Below, in pieces: positions 12,443 to 24,139 of a stretch of 64,000 nt of DNA (the stretch's first letter is position 1; every line of letters begins with the position of its first letter). The position numbers and the translations under genes were made by a program. Source of the DNA: Mobula birostris. Taxonomy: Eukaryota. The notes beneath the pieces are model-generated. The model was not told the DNA's origin. It saw nothing but the letters and a program-made list of their open reading frames with translations, and ran no database searches. Where the stretch lies: NCBI RefSeq assembly GCF_030028105.1, contig NC_092377.1, positions 99,578,865-99,642,864 of the forward strand, in the 5' to 3' direction.

Positions 12443-14310
12443 CAGTGCCTACAAAAAGTATGCAGCCCCTTGGAAGTTTTCATGTTTTATTGTTTTACAA
12501 CATTGAATCACAATGGATTTAATTTGGCTTTTTTGACACTGGGCAATAGAAAAAGGCTCTTGTGTCAAAGCGAAAACAAATTTCTACAAATTGGTCTAAA
12601 TTTATTACAATTATTAAACACAATAAAATTGACTGCATAAGTATTCACTCCTTTTAGATTAGATTAGATTCAACTTTATTGTCATTGTGCCGAGTACAGA
12701 CACAAAGCCAATGAAATGCAGTTAGCATCTAACCAGAATTGCAGAGAATAGTGTTATTTACAAAATAACTGTGAATAAAAAGTAAGTGCTACAGCACACA
12801 AATATAGAAGTACTGAGACAGTACAATATGGGTGCAATGCTGCTTAGTGCTGTGATGTGAGGTTCAGCAGGGTCACAGCCTCAGGGAAAAAGCTGTTCCT
12901 GTGCCTGCTGGTACGGGAGTGGAGGCTCCTGTAGCACCTACCAGAAGGGAGGAGAGTAAAAAGTCCATGGTTAGGGTGTGATGCATCCTTGATAATGCTT
13001 TTCGCCCTGTCCAGGCAGCATTTATGGTAGATGTTCTCAATGGTGGGCAATTGGGTGCCGATAATCCACTGGACAGTTTTCACCACACACTGGAGAACTT
13101 CGCAGTCCGATACGAGACAATTGCCATACCACACTGAGATGCAGTTGGTGAGTATGCTCTCAATGGTATGGTGGTAAAAGTCCGTCAGTATCCTGGGACA
13201 GAGATGGGCTTTCTTGATGCTCAGCAGGAAATAAAGGTGCCATTGTGCCTCTTTGATCAGGATGGAGGAGTTCAGAGACCAGGTGAGAGCCTCGAAAATG
13301 TGGACACCAAGGAATTTGAAGCTTGATACATGCTCCACTACAGCTCCATTGATGTAGATGGGGATGTGGGTGTGGCTCCTAACATGCCTGAAGTCCACAA
13401 TGATCTTCTTGATCTTCTGGGTGTTAAAGGCTGGGTTGTTGTCGGCACACCACGCGGCCAGGTGCTGGACCTCATCCCTGTAGGCTATGTCGTCATCCCC
13501 TCTGATCAGTCCAACCACCGTGGTGTCGTCTGTGAACTTGATTATGGAGTTAGAACCATGTACAGGAACGCAGTCATAGGTGAAAAGGGAGTGCAGAAGA
13601 GGGCTCAGCACACAGCCATGAGGCACACCGGTGTTCAGGGTGAGAGTGAATGAGGAGAGGTTGTCTAACTTTACTGATTGGGGTCTGTTAGTCAGAAAAT
13701 CCAAGGTCCAATTGCAGAGGGATGAGCTGATACCAAGCTGGCGGTTTGGCGATCAGCTTGGCGGGGATCACAGTATTGAATGCCGAACCAAGTCAATGAA
13801 CAGCATTCTGACGTAAGAGTTGGGGCTGTCCAGGTTGGGTCCCTGAGCAGGGTAAATGTATGGAAGACAGCTGATCCAGATGGAATACCTGGCTGTGTGC
13901 TCAGAGCCTGTGCAGGGCAGTTGGCCGGGGTCTTCACGGACATCTTTAATCTGTCCCTGGCCCAGGCAGTTGTCCCCACAAGCATCAAGATCACCACCAT
14001 TGTGCCAGTGCCGAAGCATTCCACTGCCACGGGCCTGAATGACTTCCGCCCAGTTGCACTCACCCCCATCATTGCAAAGTGCTTTGAGGGACTGGTTCTA
14101 TCACATCTGAAATCCTATCTGTCCAGTACCCTGGACCCCCATCAATTTGCCCATTGCACCAGCAGGTCAACAGAGGACGCCATCTCCATGCCACTTCACT
14201 CTGCCCTGGGTGGCGCAAACATCGGAGGAACATCGGTAATATGACACACTAAATCATTACTGGTACAGCCAATTAGTGTTAGAATTCACATGATTAGTTA
14301 AATGGAGATT
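12443..14310 (+). mobile_element. Tc1-like DNA transposon end fragment (12443-12655 and 14238-14310) split by a LINE
   Basis: Starts CAGTGCC..AAAAGTA..CA.CCCCTTG, typical of Tc1 TIRs, with an internal repeat of the aagtattcac motif. Confidence 0.65.
12656..14207 (-). mobile_element. Rex1/Babar-like LINE, 5'-truncated, with 5' inversion (13840-14207 on +)
   Basis: RT ORF 12844-13704 ([13 protein letters not shown]...[12 protein letters not shown]); (AATCT)n tail; upstream RT segment [17 protein letters not shown] on the opposite strand. Confidence 0.85.
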
Positions 14311-14772
14311 TATTTTTGGAGATTTGTGTACTTTTAAAACAGACAGTGCCATACTGTAAGGGCATGGAGCATTACAACAACCAACTCCTTATAGTAAGGG
14401 CAGAAATGTTACAACAGTCAGCACTGATCTGTAACAGCAAAGACTGTTACAACGCTTGTTTTATATAGCAAAGACACATATTGTTACAACAGCTGGTACC
14501 ATACAGTAAGGGCACACACTGTGACAACAGCCGCCAATGTACAATAAGGGCTCAGACCGTTACAACAGCTGGTACTGTACAGTAAGGGCACAGAACATTA
14601 CCACAGACTGAACAGTACGGTAAGGACACTGACTGTTACAACAGCTGGAACCATAGAGTAAGGGCACTGACCATTACAACAGCCAGTACCAATCTGTAAG
14701 AACATAGACCTTTACCATAGGTAGCACTATACAGAAAAGGGACATTCCTTTACAATAGACAGTGCTATACAG

Positions 14773-15960
14773 CAATGGTCCCCAGGTACCGGGCCGCAGA
14801 GCATGCGCTACCGGGCCGCGAGGAAACGATATGATTTGGCGATAGGAGTCAGCTGCACCTTTCCTCATTCCCTGTCACGTCCGCTGTTGAGCAATTACGC
14901 ATACGAGGTCATTACCCGCACGTCATCCATTTCAGCGCGGGAAGGAGATCAACTCCTCGAGCTTGCAAATGACGGCGGGCTGAACAGTATGTTTGACATA
15001 ACATCTCTGCCGGTATTCTGGATCGAAGTCAAGGCTGAATATCCTGAGATAGCCACGGAAGCACTGAAAACGTTGCTTCCATTTCCAACGTATCTCTGCA
15101 ATGAATGCAACGAAAACTAAATTGCGGAATAGACTGGACATAAGGAACCCCCTTCGAGTATCGCTGTCTCCCATCACCCCTCGATAGGACCATCTTGTTG
15201 CAGGGAAACAAGCCCAGGGCTTCCACTGTTTCAGCGATATTGGTGTGTTGCAATGATTTTATATGTTCATACGGGGAAAATATGTGCTGTGTGTTTAATA
15301 TCCAAACGTTACTTAAAATGTTATGATGCTATTGACTTATATAACTATATAACGATTACAGCATGGAAACAGGCTATCGCTGCCCTTCTAGTCCGTGCCG
15401 AACGCTACTCTCACCTAGTCCTGCCGACCTGCACTCAGCCCATAACCCTCCATTCCTTTCCTGTCCATATACCTATCCAATTTTTCTTTAAATGATAATA
15501 TCGAACCCGCCTCTACCACTTCTACTGGAAGTTCGTTCAGCATTTACTTCAAGCTCCCCTGTCTTCCCCTGATAATTGACTTATCACTATATTCATGCGA
15601 GGAAAATATGCACTGTGTGTTTAATATTAAATTCGTTAGATAAACCCTTTTAGAAACGAAATTGAGTGTATTAGCTAATTATCATCTGTATTCCGGTCGT
15701 GATTAACTCCCCCGCCCCGAAAAGAATCGCCAGAAACGATTTGTGGGGGGAAAATTTGTACACGCGTGCGCACTGGTGCCCGCGCAAGGCTTCATGGTCA
15801 TTGTAGTCTTTGTGGTAAACCCAGCGTATTTGACTGCTACTCTTGTCCGTTGGCAACCCTACCCCCCCCCCACCCCTCTCCGGCCCCCCGGTCGGCCGGT
15901 CCGCAAGAATATTGTCAATATGAAACCGGTCAGCAGTGCGAAAAAGGTTGGGGACTCCTG
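14773..15960 (+). mobile_element. Non-autonomous hAT-Charlie DNA transposon
   Basis: TIRs CAATGGTCCCCA / TGGGGACTCCTG; perfect 8-bp TSD CTATACAG (14765-14772, 15961-15968); internal remnant of the hAT dimerisation domain, SLPVFWIEVKAEYPEIATEALKTLLPFPTYLC. Confidence 0.92.
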
Positions 15961-16287
15961 CTATACAGTAAAGGCAAAGACTGTTACAACAGCTGGTAAC
16001 TATTTCACCAGCCGGTACAGTACAGCGAAGGCACAGACTGTTACAACTACCAGTACCATTTTGAAAGGGCACAGACTGTTACAACATCCAGTACCATAAA
16101 GTAATGGTATAGGAAGTTACAACAGCTATCGCCGTACAATAAGGAGAAAGACCTTTACAACAGATAACCTGAAATAAAAAAGTAAAATGCTGGAAAAACT
16201 CACAGCTCAGTCTGCTCTACCCATTTCCAACATTTTCTGGTTTTATTTTTGTCGCACAGATACGTGGACACCATCAGTACTGGACCA

Positions 16288-16512
16288 GTGGAACATACTT
16301 GGTTTTTACACGGAGACAGATAACTGACACTGCAGTATATGACCTGAACATCCCTATAGTGAACTGAAAGGAATCAATGAAAATGCACCACACTGCACTG
16401 TCCAGAAACAGTCAGCAGGGCTTTACAACACCAAGTCCTTCACTACCAGGACACAGAAATATAAAACTCTCCACACTGGTCAGTAAGCACACAGACCTGT
16501 ACACACCCAGCT
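16288..16512 (-). repeat. Third, more diverged copy of the segment at about 3100-3350 (+) and 44760-45005 (-)
   Basis: Shared blocks acttggtttttaca, aggaatcaatgaaaa, cacactgca.tgtcc.gaaacagtcagca and tataaaactctccacact. Confidence 0.8.
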
Positions 16513-16879
16513 TTGTACTCCACCATTAAACACCATTAAACCCAGCACTTCAATGACAGAGAAAAATACAACACTGATACTGGACTGGGATTCATGGAGC
16601 TGATCAGATAAGAGCAAAGAAACAACATTTCCTGGTGGGAGAGTCGAGAACAGGGGAAATGGGCTGAAAGTTAGAGTCAGGCTGTGGAAAAGAGACGTCT
16701 GGAAGCATTTTTCCATGTTCAATGAGGTCAGTCCAGTGGGCAAAGCAGATGTGGGCCTGACATGGGAGGTTGGCAGGGGACCTTGAACCTAGTTTCATGC
16801 ACTGGTGAAGCAGATGGAATTAGAGCTGATCAGCAGGAGAGTGTGTGAGAGTGATGCAGTCACAGAGACACAACCTTTC

Positions 16880-17890
16880 AGAGGAGGGCAGCAGCCACAG
16901 TAGACAGGTCTGTGGCACAGTGATTGGCTTCAATATACAACAGGAGAGGGTGGAGACAAGGAGAGCTGTAGTGATTGGAGATTCCATAGTGAGGGGGATG
17001 GACAGGAGATCCTGTGGCTGTGAACGAGACTCTAGTATGGAGTGTTATCTCCGGGGTGTCGGGGTGAAGGATGATTCCAGTGGGTTACAGAGGAATCTGT
17101 AGGGGGAGGGTGAACTGATAGAGGTTGTTGTACACATTCACACTGGGACAAAATGGATGAGGGCCTGCAGAGTGAATGTAGGGAATGAGGCAGAAAGTTA
17201 AAGGATTAAAAGTGGGAGCTCAAGGTGATCGATGGATTATGAGCTGGTGGGGTAGGAACAGGAGGACTGTGTAGATGACGTTGTGACCAAGAGATTGGTG
17301 CAGGAGGGAACAGTTCAGGTTCTGGGACCATTAAGATCTCTTCTGGGGCAGAGGTTTCCTGTACAAGAGGGATGGGTTGCATATGAACTGGAGAGAGACC
17401 AATATCTGAGTGGGGAGATATGCTAACGCTATTTGGGAGGGTTTAAGTCAGTCTAGCAGTGGGGTAGGATACAATGCAGTAGTGTGGCAGATGAGGAGAT
17501 TGAGGCCAATAGAAATTTTAAAGTGAGCAAGATGAGCAGATAAGACAGATGGGCAAGGCAGGGAGTGAGGAAGGTCTGATAGAGTGAAGTGCAATAATTC
17601 TAATACAAGAAGCCTGACAAGTCAGGCAGATGAACTCAGGGCACGGATTTGTACATGAGACCGAGATATTCATTACAGAACACGTTTAAGGAAGGGACAG
17701 GACTGGCAGCTCAATGTTCCAGGGTACAGAAGCTACAGGCAGGTTGGAGAAGGAGGTAAGAGAGGAGGGGGAGTTGTGTTTTTAAAAGGGGAGAACATCA
17801 CGATGGTACTTAGAGAGGATATTCCTGTGGGATTGTCCAGTGAGACTCTATGGGAGGAACTTAGACATGAGATGGGAATGATCGCATTGA
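16880..17890 (+). mobile_element. Degenerate CR1 ORF1 (esterase-like) and start of ORF2
   Basis: RAVVIGDSIVRGMDR, LYKRDGLHMN and APE N-terminal remnants with stops. Confidence 0.8.
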
Positions 17891-18712
17891 GTACCATCTG
17901 CTTTCTGAACCATTTGATGCAGAATCACAATGTCATCATCAGATTTCCTTCCACTGTCTCTATGTCATCAGGAGACTTGGGCATCATCATTAAACACTGA
18001 ACAACTGTGGCCAAATACAAGTCCCAGGAGTATTCCAAAAGTAACCTCCTTCCAGTCTGAAATTGATCCATTTATTCCAGCCACAAAGAAAACACCGGTT
18101 TGTCATTCTCAAATGAGAAAGCCTAATCACCTCCTGCTGAAGTTGAATGGCATTGCTGGCTCTGAGTTTTCCACCATCAAATGCCGGGGGGGGGGGGGGG
18201 GGTCAGAATAATCAGAAAGTCTGCAGAAACAGCCATGTAAGTACAATGTGTTCTTAGTAAGTCTGTGGGACAGGCCCAGAATGTGAGGCTATACGAACGA
18301 AGAGAGACAGACTGAGCCAAGTCACATGTTTTTCTACCTCCTGTAAAAATGCTATTCCCCTTTTCTCAGTTCCTTTGCCTCCTCCACATCTGTTCCTGGA
18401 ATGCGGCTTTCATTTTTGGAGGTATCAGAGGTGCCTCCTTCTTCAAAGAACGGGGCTTCTCTCCCTCCACTATTGACACCAAGGGATGGAAACAAAGCCT
18501 TTAAAAAATTACAATGTCGCAATTATGAATTTTTTTTAGATTTGGCTGTTGGAGGACAAGTATTTTCTCAGCTAGAGGTAATAAAGGAGAACCTTACAAA
18601 TCGATATTTTTTTGGGGACTGCGTTGTTATCAAGTTGTCTCTGATTCCTCACTTGACTACAAAGTGTTGTCAAGGGACTGCATGCTTATGGCCCAGCGGC
18701 AGCGGTTGATGC

Positions 18713-20017
18713 TGTCATGGTCTGGTCCGTGAAGTCTGTATTCCAGTTCATGGCCTGGTCTATCGGCCCTTGCTCCAGGTTTTCCTGTCTACCCTGTTTC
18801 TGTTCTTGTTGAGTTCTAATTGAGGCAGCTGATGCTGGTTGGGGCTGGCTGCATAAATACCTTCAGAGACCAGGGCATGGCTGCTGGATTGTTCTCGTCC
18901 TTACTCTTTGTATCCCTTCCCCTGCCTTCTGTTTCCTCGCCTGAAGCCCTGCCTTGTCTTGCCGGTAACTCTCGCCTCACCTGAAGTTCTGTCTCGCCTT
19001 GCTTTGCCAGAAACCCTGCCTTGTCTTGCCGGTAACTCTCGTCTTGCCTGAAGTTCTGTCTTGCCTTGCTTTGCCTGAAGCCTTGCCTTGCCTTGCTGTC
19101 TTGTCCTGGAGCCACCCTGTACCTAGCTCCCTTCCTGTCCCTTGCTTCCGCCCAGGTAAGCCAGGCCATCTTGCCGTTACCTGGGGTTGGTTCTGTCCCT
19201 TCCTGTCCCTTGCCTCCGTCGGGTGAGCCAGGCTGCCTTGCCATTACCTGCAGTTGGTTCTGTCCCTTCCTGTCCATTTGCCTCCGTCGGGTGGTGATCC
19301 ACACCCTGCCCAGGTGATCCGTGCCCTGTCCAGGTGATCCACGCCCTGCCTAGGAGGAGCCAAGCCTCACCTCAGATCTCCAGCCTCCTGCCTCCTGCCA
19401 AGCCTCACCTCAAGTTTCCTGCCTCCTGCCAAGCCTTGCCTCAAGACTCCTGCCTCCAGCCTCGCCTTGCCTCAAGTCTCCTGCCTCCAGCCTCCAGCCT
19501 CGCCTTGCCTCATCTCCTGCCTCCAGCCTCACCTCACCTCAAGTCTGCTGCCTCCAGCCTCCAGCCTCCAGCCTCTAGCCTTGCCTCGCCTCAAGTCTCA
19601 AGCCTCCAGCCTCCTGCCAAGCCTCACCTTGTCTCTTGCCTGGCCTCGAGCCTGAAGACTCTGGCCTCCTGCCTAGCCTCAAGCCTGAAGACTCCAGCCT
19701 CCTGCCTCCTGCCAAGCCTTACCTCTAATCTCTAGCCTCAAGCCTGAAGACTCCAGCCTCATCCTGTCTGCCTGCCAAGCCTCGTCCTTGCCTAGTTCTG
19801 GGGTCCAAGCCAGAGGCAAGACCCAGGTACTGGGTCCTTGTCCAGTCTCTGGCTCGGAGTCCAAGCCCGGGCTCCTAGCTCTCTTGTTCAGTCCTGTTCC
19901 AGGTTCCTGGTTTTCCTGTCCATGTCCTTGCCATTGCCCTGTATCCTAGTCCTATCCCTAGTACCTCAGTGTCTGTGTCTTACACTTGGGTCCGTTCCCA
20001 GCCTCCACCTTATGACA
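18713..20017 (+). mobile_element. LTR-like element (TGTCA...TGACA) with internal C/T-rich tandem repeats
   Basis: Inverted termini TGTCAT/ATGACA; near-perfect 5-bp TSD GATGC/GGTGC; 5' end matches 51712 onward. Confidence 0.75.
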
Positions 20018-20857
20018 GGTGCAGTATGGACAAGACAAGGGAGATCATTTGTCAATGGATTAAACACACAGAAATAACTAACACACACTGCTGTTTGGAA
20101 ATGATTAGTGTTGGAATACTACTAGTGAGTGGCCTGATAATGGTCGAAGGCTCTATTGAAGGTTGCATGTACTACGAACAGATTTATGAAGAACTGGGGC
20201 GAGATGGTGTAAAGGAAATGAGGCTGATGTATGTTGATATTTGTGGGTGACTAATGATAGTGTGGAGAAAAAATGGGAGTGCTAGAACAACAGTGGGAAG
20301 TCATGTTTCTTTTTCAGTCCTGCTTCAGGGGAAAAAAAGACTTACAGTTTGAGTACAATTTTATTGTGAATGTAATGGTATTGTTGGTAGGGACATGAGT
20401 CAGAAACAAGATTATGGATTATCAAGTGCCCCAGTTAACTCAATCCCAGTGGCTTTGGAGCTCTAAGATTTTCCATATATACCTTGCTCCATGTCGTGAA
20501 TGATGACAATGGATACCTCAACCATTAAAATGCCAACTGCTGATAGTGCTTTGTTGTGTGATGAGGTTCAGATCTACGAAGGGAATAAATTTGGTTTTTG
20601 TGATCTAAAAGGAGAATACTGGGTTTGTCTAGAGGATTTAATTAAGAATGGGTTAACAGGTTGTGGGTTTGTAACTTATGATTATTCTCTATCTATTTTG
20701 CCTGTCAATAACAGGACATTTCTGAAATTTGTTTGGTGGATGAACCTTATTACATTGCTACTTCAAGCATAATTGACATGAAGGGATCTTTAAGCTGCAA
20801 TTCACAAAACAAGAGAAAATCTGCAGATGCTGGAAATCTGAGCAACACACACAAAAT

Positions 20858-21331
20858 ACGTGCATTGGTATTCTCTGTCTTCCTGTACGCATGTGAGACA
20901 TCGACCCTCACAGCAGAGCGACAGAGGAAGACACAGGCATTGGAAATGAGATGCTATTGCAACATCTTGGGCATCTCATACTTGGACCACATCTCAAATG
21001 AGCAGGTCCGCAAGACCATCCAGCACCACACTGGCCCCTATGAAGATCTTCTCACAATGGTGAAGAAAAGAAAGCTGAGATGGTATGGCCAGGTAACAAG
21101 ATCCAGTGGCCTTGCAAAGACCGTTCTACAAGGAACTGTGGAGGGGAAAAGAAGGAGAGGTAGAGAAAAAGATGGATGGACAACATTAAAGAATGGACAG
21201 GGAAAACAATTGCAGTGACCCAGGCTCTGCCACACAACCGCGACAGATGGAACAGACTGGTGCAAAGCTTGTCATGATGGCGCCCTGACGACTCCACCAG
21301 GAGTTAAGGGCACAAGGAAGGAAGGAAGGAT
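20858..21331 (+). mobile_element. RTE-clade LINE 3' fragment inserted in a PLE tail (PLE about 20803-21545, minus)
   Basis: FLYACET..LEMRCY..KRKLRWYGQVTR..LQGTVEGKRRRGR; (AAGG)n tail; TSD ACACAAAAT at 20849-20857 and 21332-21340. Confidence 0.88.
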
Positions 21332-21699
21332 ACACAAAATGCTGGAGGAACTCAGTAGGCCAGGCAGCATCTGTAGGAAAAAGTACAGTTGACGTTTTGA
21401 GCTGAAACTCTTCAGCAGGACTGGAGAAAAAAAGCTGAGGAGTAGATTTGAAGGTGGGGGGAGGGAAGAGAGAAACACCAGGTGATAGGTGAAACTTGGA
21501 GGGGGAGCAATGAAGCAAAGAGCTAGGAAGTTGGTTGGTGAAATCAACACTTTGAATACTGTTGAGGGGATGACATGCAAGTGGGGAGCCACCGTGACTG
21601 GATCTCTCACACTAAGACTGGTGATGTGGCTCAGAATACAAGAGAAGGGAGGTGAACAGGACTGCAGTAGTGACAGAAGATGCTATAGTTAAATAATAG

Positions 21700-22250
21700 A
21701 TCGATGGCTTTGTAGCGAAGTTTGCAGTTGATACAAAGATGGTGGGAGGGGGCAGTTAGTGTTGAGGAAGCAGAGAGACTACAGAATGACAGATTAGGAG
21801 AATGGGCAAAGGAGTGGCAGATAGAATACAGTGTTGGGAAGTGTATGATCACGCACTTTGGTAAAAGAAATAAAAGCATAGATTATGTTCTAAATAATGA
21901 AAAAGTTCAAAAACCTGAGGTGCAAAGGGTCTTGAGAGTTCTTGTGCCGGGTTCTCTGAAGGTTAGTTTGTAGGTTGAGTCAGTGGTGAGGAAGGGAAAT
22001 GGCATGTTAGCATTCATTTGAAGAGAACTAGAATATAAAAGAAAGGATGTAATGTTGAGGCTTTATAAGGCACTGGTGAGGCCTCACTTGTAGTATTGTG
22101 AGCAGTCTGGGGCTCCTTATCTAAGAACAGATGTGCTGACATTGGAAAAGGTTCAAAGGAGGTCCACAAAAATCATTCCAGGATTGAAAGGCTTATCATA
22201 TGAGGAGCATTTGATGGTGCTGGGTCTGTACTCATGGCAATTCAGAATTC
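21700..22250 (+). mobile_element. Degenerate CR1 RT fragment
   Basis: DRLGEWAKEWQIEYSVGKC..HFG; LYKALVRPHL.. Confidence 0.8.
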
Positions 22251-22734
22251 CACAGTGAGCCCATCATCCTTCTCAGTCTGCAGAAAGTCATGCAGTAAAT
22301 TCAAGGGAAATTTCTTCACCCACAGAGTGGTGACAAGTTCTAACCTGTCATCACGGGGAGAGCGAGAGGTGAACAGCAGGGATGGATGTGAAAGGACGGA
22401 TGTGGAGCAGAAACACAGGCAGGGACCAGTTGGGCTGAGTGGCCTCTCTACTGTATATCGGGCTTGTGACAGAGACAGGAAGCACCAGGGACACAGGATT
22501 TGAAATGGAACTGATTTATTTGTCACAGATCCACAATATTAAACGCCAGTCTAATTTAAAGCCAACAACAGAAGAACAATTCCTTCCGATGCTCAGTGAT
22601 TAGTGGTCTGTCATGGCTGTGATGAGCAGCCACAATTATCTGCAGAATCTGACATTAACAGTCCCTTGTGAACTTGTAACTGGATTCAGTTGATTCAGTC
22701 ACCATGATGGTTAAAAATTAACACAAATAAATAC

Positions 22735-24135
22735 AAACATGTCTGCAGATACTGGAAATCCAAAACAACACACACAGCATGCTGGAACTCAGCAGGTCAG
22801 ACAGCATCTGTGGAAATGAATAAACAGTTCATGTTTCAGGCCGAGACCCTCCTCAGGACCGAGAAAAAAGGGGGAAGATGCCAGAATGAAAAGGTAGGAA
22901 GAAGAGAAGGACGCTAGCTGGAAGGTGATAGGTGAAGCCAGGTGGGTGGGAAAGGTAAAGGGCTGGTGAAGAATCTGATAGGAGAGAAGAGTGGACCATA
23001 GGAGAGGGAAAGAGGAGGGGAGCCAGCAGGAAGTGTTAGGCAGGTGAAAAGAGGTAAAAGGCCAGAGTAGGAAATAGAGAAAAAGGGAAGAAAGAGGGGA
23101 GGGGGAGGGAACAAAATGTTTCTATTGGATCGAGTAATCAGCATTCATGCCATCAGGTTGGAGGCTATTCAGATGGAATATAAATTGTTGCTCCTCCACC
23201 CTGAGGGTGGCCTTATCTTGGCAAAAGAGAAGGCTACAGACCGACATGTCGGAATGGGAATTAAAATGTTCAGCCACTGGGAAGTTGTGCTTTTGGCTGA
23301 TGGAGTGGAGGTGCTCAACAAAGCGGTCACTCGATTTATGACAGGCCTCACCAATGCAGAGGAGGCTGCGTCAGGAGGATTGGACACAGTAGACAACCCC
23401 AGCAGATTCACAGGTGAAGTGTTGCCTCACCTGGAAGGACTGTTTGAGGACCTGAATTGAGGTGAGGGAGGAGGTGAATGGACAGGTGTAGCACCTTGGA
23501 CATTTGCAGTGATGAGTGCCGGGAGGGACGAATAGACAAGAGAATCACAGAGTCAGTGATTCCTGTGGAAAGAGGGGGTGAAGTAAAGGTATGTTTAGTG
23601 GTAGGATCCCTTTGGAGATGGGGCTGAAATTGCTGAGGATGATGTGCTGGATGGTTAGGTTCGTGGGGTGGTAGGTAAGGGCAGGAGGAACTCTATCACT
23701 GTTAAGGCGGTGGGAAGATGGGTTGAATGCAGAAGTTTGGGTAATGGAGAAAGTGCGAGAAAGGCCGTATCAGGAGCATCGGACACAATAAATGACCCCA
23801 GCAGATTCACAGGTAAACTGTTGCTTCATCTGGAAAGTCTGTTTTGGAGCCTCAATTGAAATGAGGGAGGAGGTGACTGGGCAGGTGTAGCACTTTGGGC
23901 ACTTGCAGTGATAAGTTTCAGGAGGGAGATTAGTGGGGAGGGACGAATAGACAAGGGAATCACAGAGTGAGTGAACCCTGTGGAAGGCAGAGTGGGGAAA
24001 GTAAAGATATGCTTAGTGTTAGGATTTCTTTGGAGATGGCTGAAGTTTCAGAGGATAATGTGGTGGATTGGTAGCACTGCGGGGTGGTAGGGAAGGACAA
24101 GAGGAACTGTTAAGGCAGTGAACATGGATGTTTGG
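22735..24135 (-). mobile_element. Degenerate PLE with internal tandem duplication (about 23365-23740 and 23760-24120)
   Basis: Homologous to 1-1080; hammerhead-like remnant at about 22830-22860. Confidence 0.75.
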
Positions 24136-24139
24136 GAAA

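Larger units (their letters stand above)
11955..16165 (+). repeat. Degenerate 38-bp tandem array split into three blocks by transposons (about 11955-12440, 14335-14772, 15961-16165)
   Basis: Consensus ACAACAGCTGGTACCATACAGTAAGGGCACAGACTGTT; seven consecutive 38-nt units counted from about 14486. Confidence 0.85.

Noticed and set aside
11955-16165. Regularly spaced repeats resembling a CRISPR array
   Set aside because: The units are contiguous 38-mers degenerate along their whole length, with no unique spacers and no cas genes, in a vertebrate context
18816-19735. Low-complexity ORFs (PPASSL and ARQG repeats)
   Set aside because: Translation of the internal tandem repeats of the 18713-20017 element
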